Assembly (NCBI GenBank): GCA_963800325.1
Contig: CAWDAQ010000002.1
Coordinates: 228,638 to 292,637 of the forward strand
Direction: 5' to 3'
DNA: 64,000 nt
Source: an uncultured Actinomycetota bacterium
Lineage (GTDB): Bacteria; Actinomycetota; Actinomycetes; Actinomycetales; Dermatophilaceae
The notes beneath the pieces were generated by a model. The model was not told the origin of the DNA. It did not search any database and saw nothing but the letters and a program-made list of their open reading frames with translations. The position numbers and the translations under genes were made by a program. Shown piece after piece: positions 9,989-18,052 of the stretch (within the stretch, counting starts at the first letter, position 1; the number at the start of each line of letters is the position of its first letter).

Positions 9989-10054
9989 GGCCCTCGTCAG
10001 GCCCTCGTCAGGCCCTCGTCAGGCCCTCGTCAGGCCCTCGTCAGGCCCTCGTCA
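9989..10054. repeat. Perfect tandem repeat (GGCCCTCGTCA) x6, 11-bp unit
   Basis: Six identical contiguous 11-bp units read directly from the sequence. The array is non-coding because the unit is not a multiple of 3. It lies 20 nt past the kamA stop and upstream of the bioY promoter. Confidence 0.95.
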
Positions 10055-10073
10055 CGCGCTCGCCGCGCCCCCG

Positions 10074-11537
10074 TCAGCGGACCGGGACGAGCGCCTCCCG
10101 CGCGGACGCCTCCCGGGACGCGGCGGCCCGGCTGACGGCCTCCTCGTGCGCCGCGAGGGCGTCCCCCTGCTCGTGCCACCACGTCCGCCCCGACTCCGGG
10201 AGGGTGTCGATCGGGTCGTAGTAGACGTAGTCCCGGCTCAGGGCCGCCTCGTCGTCACCCTCGATGGAGGTCCGGTAGTTCTTCCGCCAGAACGACATGC
10301 CCCGCTCGCGGTCGTAGTCCTCGGCCTGGTGGACCCAGCGCTTCCCGACGAACGGGACGTCGCAGACGATCCGCGGGGTCGCGAACCCGGGCAGGTAGCC
10401 CATGATCGCGTGCTGGAGGTGCTGGGCGTGGCCGAGCGAGACCCGCCAGTGCTCGCTGAACGGGATCATGTCGCACATGTAGAAGTAGTACGGCGTCACC
10501 ATCGCCTCGTCCTGCAGGGCGAAGCACAGGTCGAGCAGCTGCTCGGGGGTGTCGTTGACCCCCCGCATGAGCACGCCCTGGTTGCGCACGTCGCGCACGC
10601 CCGCCTCGAGCATCGCCCGGGCGGCGTCGGCGACGAGGGGGGTGACCGAGCCGGCCGCGTTGACATGGGTGTGGATCGCGAGCGACACCCCGCGCGCCCG
10701 GGCCTTCGCGGCCACCCGGGCGACGCCGGCGACGACGTCGTCCTGCAGCCAGTGCTGGGGCAGGCCCATGAGCGCCTTCGACGCGAGCCGGACGTCGCGG
10801 ATGCTCTCGACCTCGAGGAGCCTGTCGAGGAAGCCCTCGAGGCTGCGCCACGGCATGTTCGCGACGTCCCCGCCCGAGACGACGACGTCCCGGACCCCGG
10901 GCGTGCGCCGGAGGTAGTCGAGGATCGCCTCGTGCCGGTCGACCGGCTTGCCGCGCAGCTTGAGCTTGGCCACCTGCGGGGTCGAGTTGCCGACGAGGTC
11001 CATGCGGGTGCAGTGCCCGCAGTACTGCGGGCACGTCGGCAGCAGCTCGGCGAGCACCTTCGTCGGGTAGCGGTGCGTGAGCCCCTCGGCCACCCACATG
11101 TCGTGCTCGTGGAGGCTGTCGCGGGTCGCGTACGGGTGGGAGGGCCAGTCGGTGCGTCGGTCCGAGAACACCGGGAGCATGTACCGGCGCACCGGGTCGG
11201 CCCGGAACGCCGCGGTGTAGTCCGCGCCGGCCGAGGGCATCCGGCCCTGCGGCCAGCTCTGCTCGGAGACCATCGTGTTGAGCATCTGCGGCGGCAGCAG
11301 CATCGACATCGTCGCCCGCGCGGCCTGGTCGTGCTCGAGGTCGGCGTAGAAGTCGTCGGTGAGCAGGTCCCCCATGACCTCGCGCAGCTGGCGGACGTTC
11401 TTCACGCAGTGGGCGCGCTGCCACTGCGCGCTCGCCCACTCCGCCGACGTCACCTCGCGCCAGCCCGGCAGCCGCGTCCAGTCCGGCTCGACGAGCTCAC
11501 GACGGCGGTACACGTACGGCTGCTCGATCGTCGTCAT
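10074..11537 (-). CDS. kamA: Lysine 2,3-aminomutase (KamA-family radical SAM/PLP enzyme)
   Basis: 487 aa with the radical-SAM cluster motif CPQYCGHCTRMD and KamA-like blocks (VRDVVVSGGD, YYFYMCD). The genomic context includes kamDE and kdd. Confidence 0.85.
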   Translation of the reverse strand: MTTIEQPYVYRRRELVEPDWTRLPGWREVTSAEWASAQWQRAHCVKNVRQLREVMGDLLTDDFYADLEHDQAARATMSMLLPPQMLNTMVSEQSWPQGRMPSAGADYTAAFRADPVRRYMLPVFSDRRTDWPSHPYATRDSLHEHDMWVAEGLTHRYPTKVLAELLPTCPQYCGHCTRMDLVGNSTPQVAKLKLRGKPVDRHEAILDYLRRTPGVRDVVVSGGDVANMPWRSLEGFLDRLLEVESIRDVRLASKALMGLPQHWLQDDVVAGVARVAAKARARGVSLAIHTHVNAAGSVTPLVADAARAMLEAGVRDVRNQGVLMRGVNDTPEQLLDLCFALQDEAMVTPYYFYMCDMIPFSEHWRVSLGHAQHLQHAIMGYLPGFATPRIVCDVPFVGKRWVHQAEDYDRERGMSFWRKNYRTSIEGDDEAALSRDYVYYDPIDTLPESGRTWWHEQGDALAAHEEAVSRAAASREASAREALVPVR

Positions 11538-11543
11538 GGACCG

Positions 11544-11549
11544 AGGATA
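11544..11549 (-). promoter_or_regulatory. -10 box TATCCT for leaderless kamA
   Basis: The minus-strand TATCCT ends 6 nt before ATG 11537 and sits inside an AGGAT-N6-ATCCT dyad (11544-11559). Confidence 0.4.
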
Positions 11550-11598
11550 CGCACATCCTCCCGTGCACTGCCGGACCGTGCCGCAGCATTTTGGTTCA

Positions 11599-12680
11599 AT
11601 GGCCTACATGCCTGAAAAATCTGCATCCTCTCCCGTGGGGCTCCACCGGGTGACCGACCCGGCCGGTGCGGCGCTGCCGCAGGCGGCCGCCCGGCTCGAC
11701 GCCCGTCCGGAGATCTGGCCGGACGAGGTGCGGGTCGCGGTCGAGACGCTCAACCTCGACGCCGCGTCCTACCGCCAGCTCGCCGGCACCCACCGGCGGG
11801 CGGACGGCACGCTCGACGGGGAGGCGCTGCGCGCGAGCGTGCTCGAGATCATCGCGACCCGGGGGAAGATGCAGAACCCGGTGACCGGGTCCGGCGGCAT
11901 GCTCATCGGCACCGTCGACGCGGTCGGCGAGCACAGCCCGCTGGGGCTGTCCGTCGGCGACCGGGTCGCGACCCTGGTCTCGCTCTCGCTCACCCCGCTG
12001 GCTGTCACCGACGGCCTCGCCCGGTGGGCGGGACGTCGGAGCGGGTCCCCGCCCGTGGCCACGCGATCCTGTTCGGCCGGTCGGTCGCCGCCCGACTGCC
12101 GGACGACCTCGACCCGGAGCTGTCCCTGATGGTCATGGACGTGTGCGGCGCCCCCGCACTCGTCGCCCGCGTGGTCCGCGAGCGGGCCGCCACCGGTCGC
12201 CCCACGTCCGTGCTCGTCCTCGGTGGCGCGGGCAAGTCCGGATCGCTCGCGCTCGCCGCGGCCGGAGACGCCGGCGCCGACCACCGCCGGGCCGTGGTCC
12301 GCGACGAGACCGAGCGGGAGGCCCTGCTCGGCGCCGGAGTCGCCGACGAGGTCGTCGTCGCGGACGCGACCAGCCCGGTCGACCTGCCCGCCGCGGTCGA
12401 GTCCGTCGGCGGCCCGGCCGACGTCACGGTCGTCTGCGTCGACGTCCCCGGGTGCGAGCAGCCGGCGATCCTCGCGACCGCCCAGGGCGGGACCGTGGTG
12501 TTCTTCTCGATGGCGACGAGCTTCGCGGGCGCCGCGCTGGGCGCCGAGGGGCTCGCCGCCGACGTCACGATGCTCGTCGGCAACGGCTACGTGCCCGGGC
12601 ACGCCGAGTACGCCGTCGGGCTCCTCCGCGCCACCCCCGGGGTGCGGAGGATGTTCGAGGCCAGGCTCACGGGGCCGTAG
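11599..12680 (+). pseudogene. kdd: L-erythro-3,5-diaminohexanoate dehydrogenase (Kdd) interrupted by a 1-nt frameshift near 12025-12030
   Basis: Kdd hallmark blocks are split over two frames. RGKMQNPVTGSGGMLIG and VATLVSLSLTPL are in the frame of 11599. AILFGRS, LGGAGKSG, FFSMATSFAGAALGAEG and LVGNGY are in the frame of 12024. The total span is 1082 nt, one nt short of a multiple of 3. The junction lies in a G-run. Confidence 0.7.
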
Positions 12681-12753
12681 CGCACGGCCCCGGCCCAGCG
12701 CCAGCGGCGTCGGGCCCTCGCGGGCGGCGGGGCGGGTGTGCTGCGATGGGCGC

Positions 12754-15228
12754 ATGGGACCGGACACCGGAGCGGGGCGGACGAGGACGGGGCAGGCGGC
12801 CGAGCCGGGAGGGACGCGGGGCGTGGACTACGCCGACGCCGACCTCGAGCTCGACCTGCGGTGGTGGGCCGCCGCGAACTACCTCACCGTCGGCCAGATC
12901 TACCTGCAGGACAACCCGCTGCTGCGCGAGCCGCTGCGGCTGGAGCACGTCAAGCCGCGGCTCCTCGGGCACTGGGGCACCAGCCCGGGTCTGTCGATGC
13001 TCTACGCCCTGCTCAACCGGGTGATCCGCGAGACCGACAGCGACTGGCTCTACGTGACCGGCCCCGGCCACGGCGGCCCCGCCCTCGTCGCCGCCGGCTA
13101 CCTCGAGGGAACCTGCACCGAGGTCTACCCGGACGTCACCCGGGACGAGGCCGGGCTGCGCCGGCTGTTCCGCCGGTTCTCCACCCCGGGCGGCGTGCCC
13201 AGCCACGTCAGCGTCCAGACCCCCGGGAGCATCCACGAGGGCGGCGAGCTCGGCTACGCCCTCGTCCACGCCGCCGGCGCCGCCTTCGACAACCCCGACC
13301 TCACCGTCGCCTGCGTCGTCGGCGACGGCGAGGCCGAGACCGGGCCGCTCTCGGCGTCGTGGCGACTGCCGAGCTTCCTCAACCCGCGACGGGACGGCGC
13401 CGTCCTCCCGGTCCTCCACCTCAACGGGTACAAGATCTCCGGCCCCACGGTCCTCGGCCGCACCGACGACGCCGAGGTCGAGGGCTACCTGCGCGCCCAG
13501 GGCTGGGACCCGGTGACCGTCGCCGGGGACGACCCGCGCGAGGTGTTCCCCGCCGTGCACGCCGCACTCCGGGACGCCCACGCCCGCATCCGGGCCATGC
13601 AGGACGACGCCCGCTCTCTGGGGCGGTCCGGTGCGAGCGAGCCGCGACGGTGGCGCTGGCCCGCCCTCGTGCTGCGGACCCCGAAGGGCTGGACCGGTCC
13701 CGCGGTCGTCGACGGCCGCGCCGTCGAGGGCACCAACCTCAGCCACCAGGTCCCGCTCGCGGGTCTCGCCGAGAACCCCGAGCACCTGCGCATGCTCGAG
13801 GAGTGGATGCGCTCCTACGCCCCCGAGACCCTGTTCGACGAGGCCGGCCGGCTCGTCCCCGAGCTGGCCGCCCTCGCCCCCGACGGTGACCGGCGGATGT
13901 CGGCGACGCCGTACGCCAACGGCGGCCGGCTGCGCGAGGAGCTGCCGCCGGTCGACCTCGGCCGCCACGAGGTCGAGGTGCCCGCCCGCGGCGCGACGTG
14001 GGCGGGCAACACCGCCCCGGTCGGCGGGCTCCTGCGCGACCTCTACGCCGCGACAGCCCGCGAGGACGGCGGCGGCAGCTTCCGGCTGTTCTGCCCCGAC
14101 GAGACGGCGAGCAACCGGCTCCAGGCCGTGTTCGAGGTCACCGACCGGTGCTTCACGGGTCCGCTGGTCGACACCGACACCCAGCTGGGCCCGGACGGCC
14201 GGGTCATGGAGGTCCTCAGCGAACACCTCTGCGAGGGGTGGCTCGAGGGCTACCTCCTCACCGGCCGGCACGGGATGTTCGCGACCTACGAGGCCTTCGC
14301 GATGGTGTCCGCCTCCATGGCGGTCCAGCACGCCAAGTGGCTCCAGCACGCCGAGGACCTGCCCTGGCGGGCGTCGGTGTCCTCCCTGACGGTCCTGCTC
14401 ACCTCGACCTGCTGGCGCAACGATCACAACGGCTTCTCCCACCAGGGCCCCGGCCTCATCGACTCCCTGCTGCCGCTCGCGCCCGGGGTGATCCGGGTCT
14501 GGCTCCCGCCGGACGGCAACACCGCGCTCTCCGTGGCCGACCACTGCCTGCGCAGCACCGACCACGTCAACCTCGTCGTCGTCGACAAGCAGGTCCACCT
14601 GCAGTACCTCACCCTCGAGGAGGCGGGGCGGCACGCCGCCGCCGGGGTCGGGGTGTGGGAGTGGGCGAGCACGTGCGGCCGGGACGAGGACCCCGACATC
14701 GTCCTCGCCTGCGCCGGGGACGTGCCCACCCAGGAGGCGCTCGCCGCGGTCGAGCTCGTCGCCGAGCACGTGCCCGAGCTGCGCGTGCGGTTCGTCAACG
14801 TCGTCGACCTCATGGCCCTGATCCCCGAGAACGACCACCCCCACGGGTTCTCCGACAGCCAGTTCGACGACATCTTCACCGCCGACCGGCACGTCGTGTT
14901 CGCCTTCCACGGCTACCCCCGGGCCGTCCACGAGCTCGTCCACGGCCGGAGCACCCCCGGTCGGTTCCACGTCCGGGGGTTCAACGAGCAGGGCACGACG
15001 ACCACACCGTTCGACATGGTCGTCCTCAACCGGATGAGCCGGTACCACCTCGCGATCGAGATGCTCCGGCGGTCGGGGACGCGCCGGCCCGGGTGGGAGC
15101 GGCTGCGCGAGCACTGCGAGGCACGCCTGGCCGAGCACGCCCGGTACATCCGCGAGCACCTCGCCGACCTGCCCGACGTCGCCTCGTGGACCTGGCGCGG
15201 GCTGCCGGGCACCCGGCGGGCGAGGTGA
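12754..15228 (+). CDS. xfp: Phosphoketolase (xylulose-5-P/fructose-6-P phosphoketolase)
   Basis: 824 aa with WWAAANYLTVGQIYLQDNPLL, LLGHWGTSPG and HEGGELGY. The N-terminal 177 aa of the tracked ORF were rejected. Confidence 0.9.
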   Translation: MGPDTGAGRTRTGQAAEPGGTRGVDYADADLELDLRWWAAANYLTVGQIYLQDNPLLREPLRLEHVKPRLLGHWGTSPGLSMLYALLNRVIRETDSDWLYVTGPGHGGPALVAAGYLEGTCTEVYPDVTRDEAGLRRLFRRFSTPGGVPSHVSVQTPGSIHEGGELGYALVHAAGAAFDNPDLTVACVVGDGEAETGPLSASWRLPSFLNPRRDGAVLPVLHLNGYKISGPTVLGRTDDAEVEGYLRAQGWDPVTVAGDDPREVFPAVHAALRDAHARIRAMQDDARSLGRSGASEPRRWRWPALVLRTPKGWTGPAVVDGRAVEGTNLSHQVPLAGLAENPEHLRMLEEWMRSYAPETLFDEAGRLVPELAALAPDGDRRMSATPYANGGRLREELPPVDLGRHEVEVPARGATWAGNTAPVGGLLRDLYAATAREDGGGSFRLFCPDETASNRLQAVFEVTDRCFTGPLVDTDTQLGPDGRVMEVLSEHLCEGWLEGYLLTGRHGMFATYEAFAMVSASMAVQHAKWLQHAEDLPWRASVSSLTVLLTSTCWRNDHNGFSHQGPGLIDSLLPLAPGVIRVWLPPDGNTALSVADHCLRSTDHVNLVVVDKQVHLQYLTLEEAGRHAAAGVGVWEWASTCGRDEDPDIVLACAGDVPTQEALAAVELVAEHVPELRVRFVNVVDLMALIPENDHPHGFSDSQFDDIFTADRHVVFAFHGYPRAVHELVHGRSTPGRFHVRGFNEQGTTTTPFDMVVLNRMSRYHLAIEMLRRSGTRRPGWERLREHCEARLAEHARYIREHLADLPDVASWTWRGLPGTRRAR

Positions 15229-16481
15229 GCGCCCCCCGGGTGCTCGTCCTCAACGTCGGCTCGTCCTCGGTGCGCTACCGGCTGCTCGAGCCGGCCGGCG
15301 GCGAGACGCTCGCCGCCGGCCACGTCGAGCACATCGGCTCACCCGCCGCCCGGCACACCCACCGGGTCGGCGACGTCGACCATGACGTCGACCACGACGT
15401 CGAGCCGGACGCGGGCACGCCCGGCCCGGGGGAGCGGGGGCTCGCCGACCACGACGCCGCGCTCGCCGCCGCCCTCGGCGCGTTCGAGCGCCTCGGGCCG
15501 CGGCTCGACGACGCCGGTCTCGCCGCGGTCGGGCACCGCGTCGTCCACGGCGGAACGCGGTTCACCGGACCCGTCCTCGTCGACGACGACGTCGTCGCCG
15601 CCATCGCCGCGCTCGCGCCCCTGGCGCCACTGCACAACCCGTTCAACGTCGCCGGCATCGAGACCGCGCGGCGGGCCTTCCCCGGCCTGCCGCAGGTCGC
15701 GGTCTTCGACACGGCCTTCCACCACACGCTGCCCGCCGAGGCCCTGACCTACGCCGTGCCCCAGGCCTGGCGCGCGCAGCACGGCGTGCGCCGGTACGGG
15801 TTCCACGGCAGCTCCTACGCGCACGTCACCCGCCGGGCAGCCACCCGGCTCGGCCGGCACCTCGCCGACCTCGGGCTCGTCGTGCTCCACCTCGGCAACG
15901 GCGCCAGCGCGTGCGCGGTGCAGGGCGGGGCGAGCATCGACACCTCCATGGGGTTCTCGCCCCTCGAGGGACTCGTCATGGGCACCCGGTCCGGGGACGT
16001 CGACCCGGCCCTGGGTGCCTACCTCGACCGGGTCGCCGGCATCCACCCCCACGACTACGACGCGGCGCTCAACCACGCCAGCGGGCTCAAGGGACTCAGC
16101 GGGCACGCCGACCTGCGCGACCTGCTCGCCGCACGGGAGGCGGGCGACGAGGACGCCGCGCTCGCGTTCGACGTCATGGTCCACCGGCTGCGCAAGTACG
16201 TCGGCGGCTACGCCGTCCTCCTCGACCGGTTCGACGGCCTCGTGTTCACGGGCGGGATCGGCGAGCACAGCCCCCAGGTGCGGTCCGCGCTCGTGCGCGG
16301 CCTGCACGGCCTCGGCCTCGAGCTCGACGAGCCGGCGAACGCGGCCGGCCCCCCGGAGCGCCGGGTCACGACGCCGCGCAGCAGGGTGCCGGCGTGGGTG
16401 GTCCCGACGAACGAGGAGCTCGAGATCGCCCGCGCGTGTCTGACCTTGCTGGACCGCGCCGGGGGCGCCCCGCGCGTCTAG
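15225..16481 (+). CDS. ackA: Acetate kinase
   Basis: The GTG start overlaps the xfp stop (GTGA). Motifs present are VLNVGSSSVRY, GHRVVHGG, FDTAFHHTLP, RYGFHGSSY, MGFSPLEGLVMGTRSGDVDP and PTNEELEIA. Confidence 0.9.
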   Translation: MSAPRVLVLNVGSSSVRYRLLEPAGGETLAAGHVEHIGSPAARHTHRVGDVDHDVDHDVEPDAGTPGPGERGLADHDAALAAALGAFERLGPRLDDAGLAAVGHRVVHGGTRFTGPVLVDDDVVAAIAALAPLAPLHNPFNVAGIETARRAFPGLPQVAVFDTAFHHTLPAEALTYAVPQAWRAQHGVRRYGFHGSSYAHVTRRAATRLGRHLADLGLVVLHLGNGASACAVQGGASIDTSMGFSPLEGLVMGTRSGDVDPALGAYLDRVAGIHPHDYDAALNHASGLKGLSGHADLRDLLAAREAGDEDAALAFDVMVHRLRKYVGGYAVLLDRFDGLVFTGGIGEHSPQVRSALVRGLHGLGLELDEPANAAGPPERRVTTPRSRVPAWVVPTNEELEIARACLTLLDRAGGAPRV

Positions 16482-16484
16482 GGT
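16479..16484 (+). promoter_or_regulatory. -10 box TAGGGT overlapping the ackA stop codon, for the leaderless amidohydrolase gene
   Basis: The TAG stop of ackA (16479-16481) forms the first half of TAGGGT, which ends 6 nt before GTG 16491. Confidence 0.4.
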
Positions 16485-16490
16485 GCGACG

Positions 16491-18035
16491 GTGACCACCC
16501 TCTACCGTCGCTGCACCGTCCACGGCCATCCCGGCGCCGGGGCCCTGCTCGTCGACGGCCCCGCCGTCGCGTGGGTCGGTCCGGACGCCGAGGCCGACGG
16601 CCTCCGGGACGCCGGCGCGGTGGTCGACCTCGGCGGCTCCCTCGTGACCCCGGCCTTCGTCGACGCCCACGCCCACCTCTCCCAGACCGGTGCGGGCCTG
16701 CGGGGCGTCGAGCTCGCCGCGGCGGTGTCCGCCGAGGACGCGCTGCTGCGGATCGAGGCCGCGGCCCGGGGCGGCGGCGGTCGCCCGCTCTACGGCGCGA
16801 GCTGGGACGAGGAGTCCTGGCCCGGGTCCCGGGTCATGACCGCGGCCGAGCTGGACCGGGCGAGCGGCGACGGCGTCGTGTACTGCCTCCGCGTCGACGG
16901 CCACTCCGCGGTCGTCTCGACGAGGCTCGCGACGATGAGCGGCGCCGACCGGCTTCCCGGCTGGCACGGCGCGGGCCGGGTCACCCGGGAGGCCCACGAC
17001 GCGGCCCGCGAGGCCTTCACCGGGCTGGTCACCCCGGCGCAGCGCACCGAGGACATCGAGCTCGCGCTCCGGTCGGCCGCCGCCGCCGGGATCGGGACGG
17101 TCCACGAGAACGGCGGCCCGCACGTCAGCTCCGCCGAGGACCTCGACCGCGCCCTGGCCGCCGGACGGCGCCCCGACCTGCCGGACGTCGTCGGGTACTG
17201 GGGCGAGCTCGTCGAGGACCCCGAGCGCGCGCTCGAGCTCGCGACCTTCCACTGCGTGGGCGGCCTCGCCGGCGACCTCAACGTCGACGGCTCGGTCGGG
17301 TCGCGCACCGCGCACCTGCGGCAGCCGTACGCCGACGCCCCCGACAGCCGCGGGAACGCCTACCTCGACGCCGACCGGGTCCGCGACCACGTCGCCGCCT
17401 GCGCGCGGGCCCGGCTGCAGTCGGGCTTCCACGTCATCGGGGACGCCGCCGCCGCCGCCGTCGTCGAGGGCGTGGTCGCCGCGGCCCGGGCCGTCGGCGC
17501 CGACGCGGTGCGCCACGCCGGGGTGCGCCTGGAGCACCTCGAGATGGTCGACGCCGCCGGACTGCGGCGGCTCGGCGCCCTCGGCGTCGTCGCGAGCGTC
17601 CAGCCGGCGTTCGACGCCGCCTGGGGCGGCCCGGGGGGCATGTACGCCACCCGGCTCGGGGAGGCCCGGGCCGCCGCGATGAACCCCTACGCGACGATGC
17701 GCCGCAGCGGGCTCGTGCTCGCCCTGGGCTCGGACTCCCCGGTCACCCCGTTCGCGCCCTGGGAGGCGGTGCGGGCCTGCCTGACCCACCACGACCCCGA
17801 CGAGCGGCTCGACGTGGCCGACGCCGTCGCCGCCCACACCGCGGGCGGGTGCGCCGCCGCGGGGGACCGGGCCGGCGGCCGGATCGCCGTCGGCGGGCCC
17901 GCGACCCTCGCCGTGTGGGACGTCGGGGAGCCCGCCGCGCTGGAGGGCGACCTGCCGGTGCTCGCCGGCGGGGCACCCGCGCCGGAGTGCACCCGCACGA
18001 TCGTGCGGGGCGTGACGGTGCACCCCGTGCCCTGA
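16491..18035 (+). CDS. Metal-dependent amidohydrolase (Amidohydro_3/YtcJ-like), substrate unknown
   Basis: 514 aa with the N-terminal metal motif FVDAHAHL, later HVIGDAA and LALGSDSPV. Confidence 0.8.
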   Translation: MTTLYRRCTVHGHPGAGALLVDGPAVAWVGPDAEADGLRDAGAVVDLGGSLVTPAFVDAHAHLSQTGAGLRGVELAAAVSAEDALLRIEAAARGGGGRPLYGASWDEESWPGSRVMTAAELDRASGDGVVYCLRVDGHSAVVSTRLATMSGADRLPGWHGAGRVTREAHDAAREAFTGLVTPAQRTEDIELALRSAAAAGIGTVHENGGPHVSSAEDLDRALAAGRRPDLPDVVGYWGELVEDPERALELATFHCVGGLAGDLNVDGSVGSRTAHLRQPYADAPDSRGNAYLDADRVRDHVAACARARLQSGFHVIGDAAAAAVVEGVVAAARAVGADAVRHAGVRLEHLEMVDAAGLRRLGALGVVASVQPAFDAAWGGPGGMYATRLGEARAAAMNPYATMRRSGLVLALGSDSPVTPFAPWEAVRACLTHHDPDERLDVADAVAAHTAGGCAAAGDRAGGRIAVGGPATLAVWDVGEPAALEGDLPVLAGGAPAPECTRTIVRGVTVHPVP

Positions 18036-18052
18036 GGGAGGACACTGAGCGC

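Noticed and set aside
9989-10054. Possible CRISPR array (also considered for 41280-41359)
   Set aside because: The units are contiguous with no spacers, are only 11 and 15 bp long, and no cas genes are present. These are simple tandem repeats.
10074-11537. Alternative call of the KamA-family gene as glutamate 2,3-aminomutase or an EF-P lysyl-modifying enzyme
   Set aside because: Its size (487 aa) and its clustering with kdd, kamDE and kal favour lysine 2,3-aminomutase. Substrate-specificity residues could not be checked without an alignment, so some uncertainty remains.
11591-11603. tRNA T-arm-like string GGTTCAATGG
   Set aside because: No acceptor, D-arm or anticodon-arm complementarity is present in the flanks, and it overlaps the kdd start region.
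12667-15159. 830-aa minus-strand ORF antisense to xfp. Similar long antisense ORFs occur at 9630-11615, 19263-21056, 21937-24318, 26194-27840 and 35379-37358.
   Set aside because: All are shadow frames opposite genes with strong family signatures. None has an independent start or RBS signal.
15911-18052. N-terminal 714 aa of the 1195-aa + strand ORF
   Set aside because: It overlaps ackA and the amidohydrolase in another frame, and the translation is an Arg/Pro/Gly string. Only the part from GTG 18053 shows decarboxylase motifs and an SD sequence.
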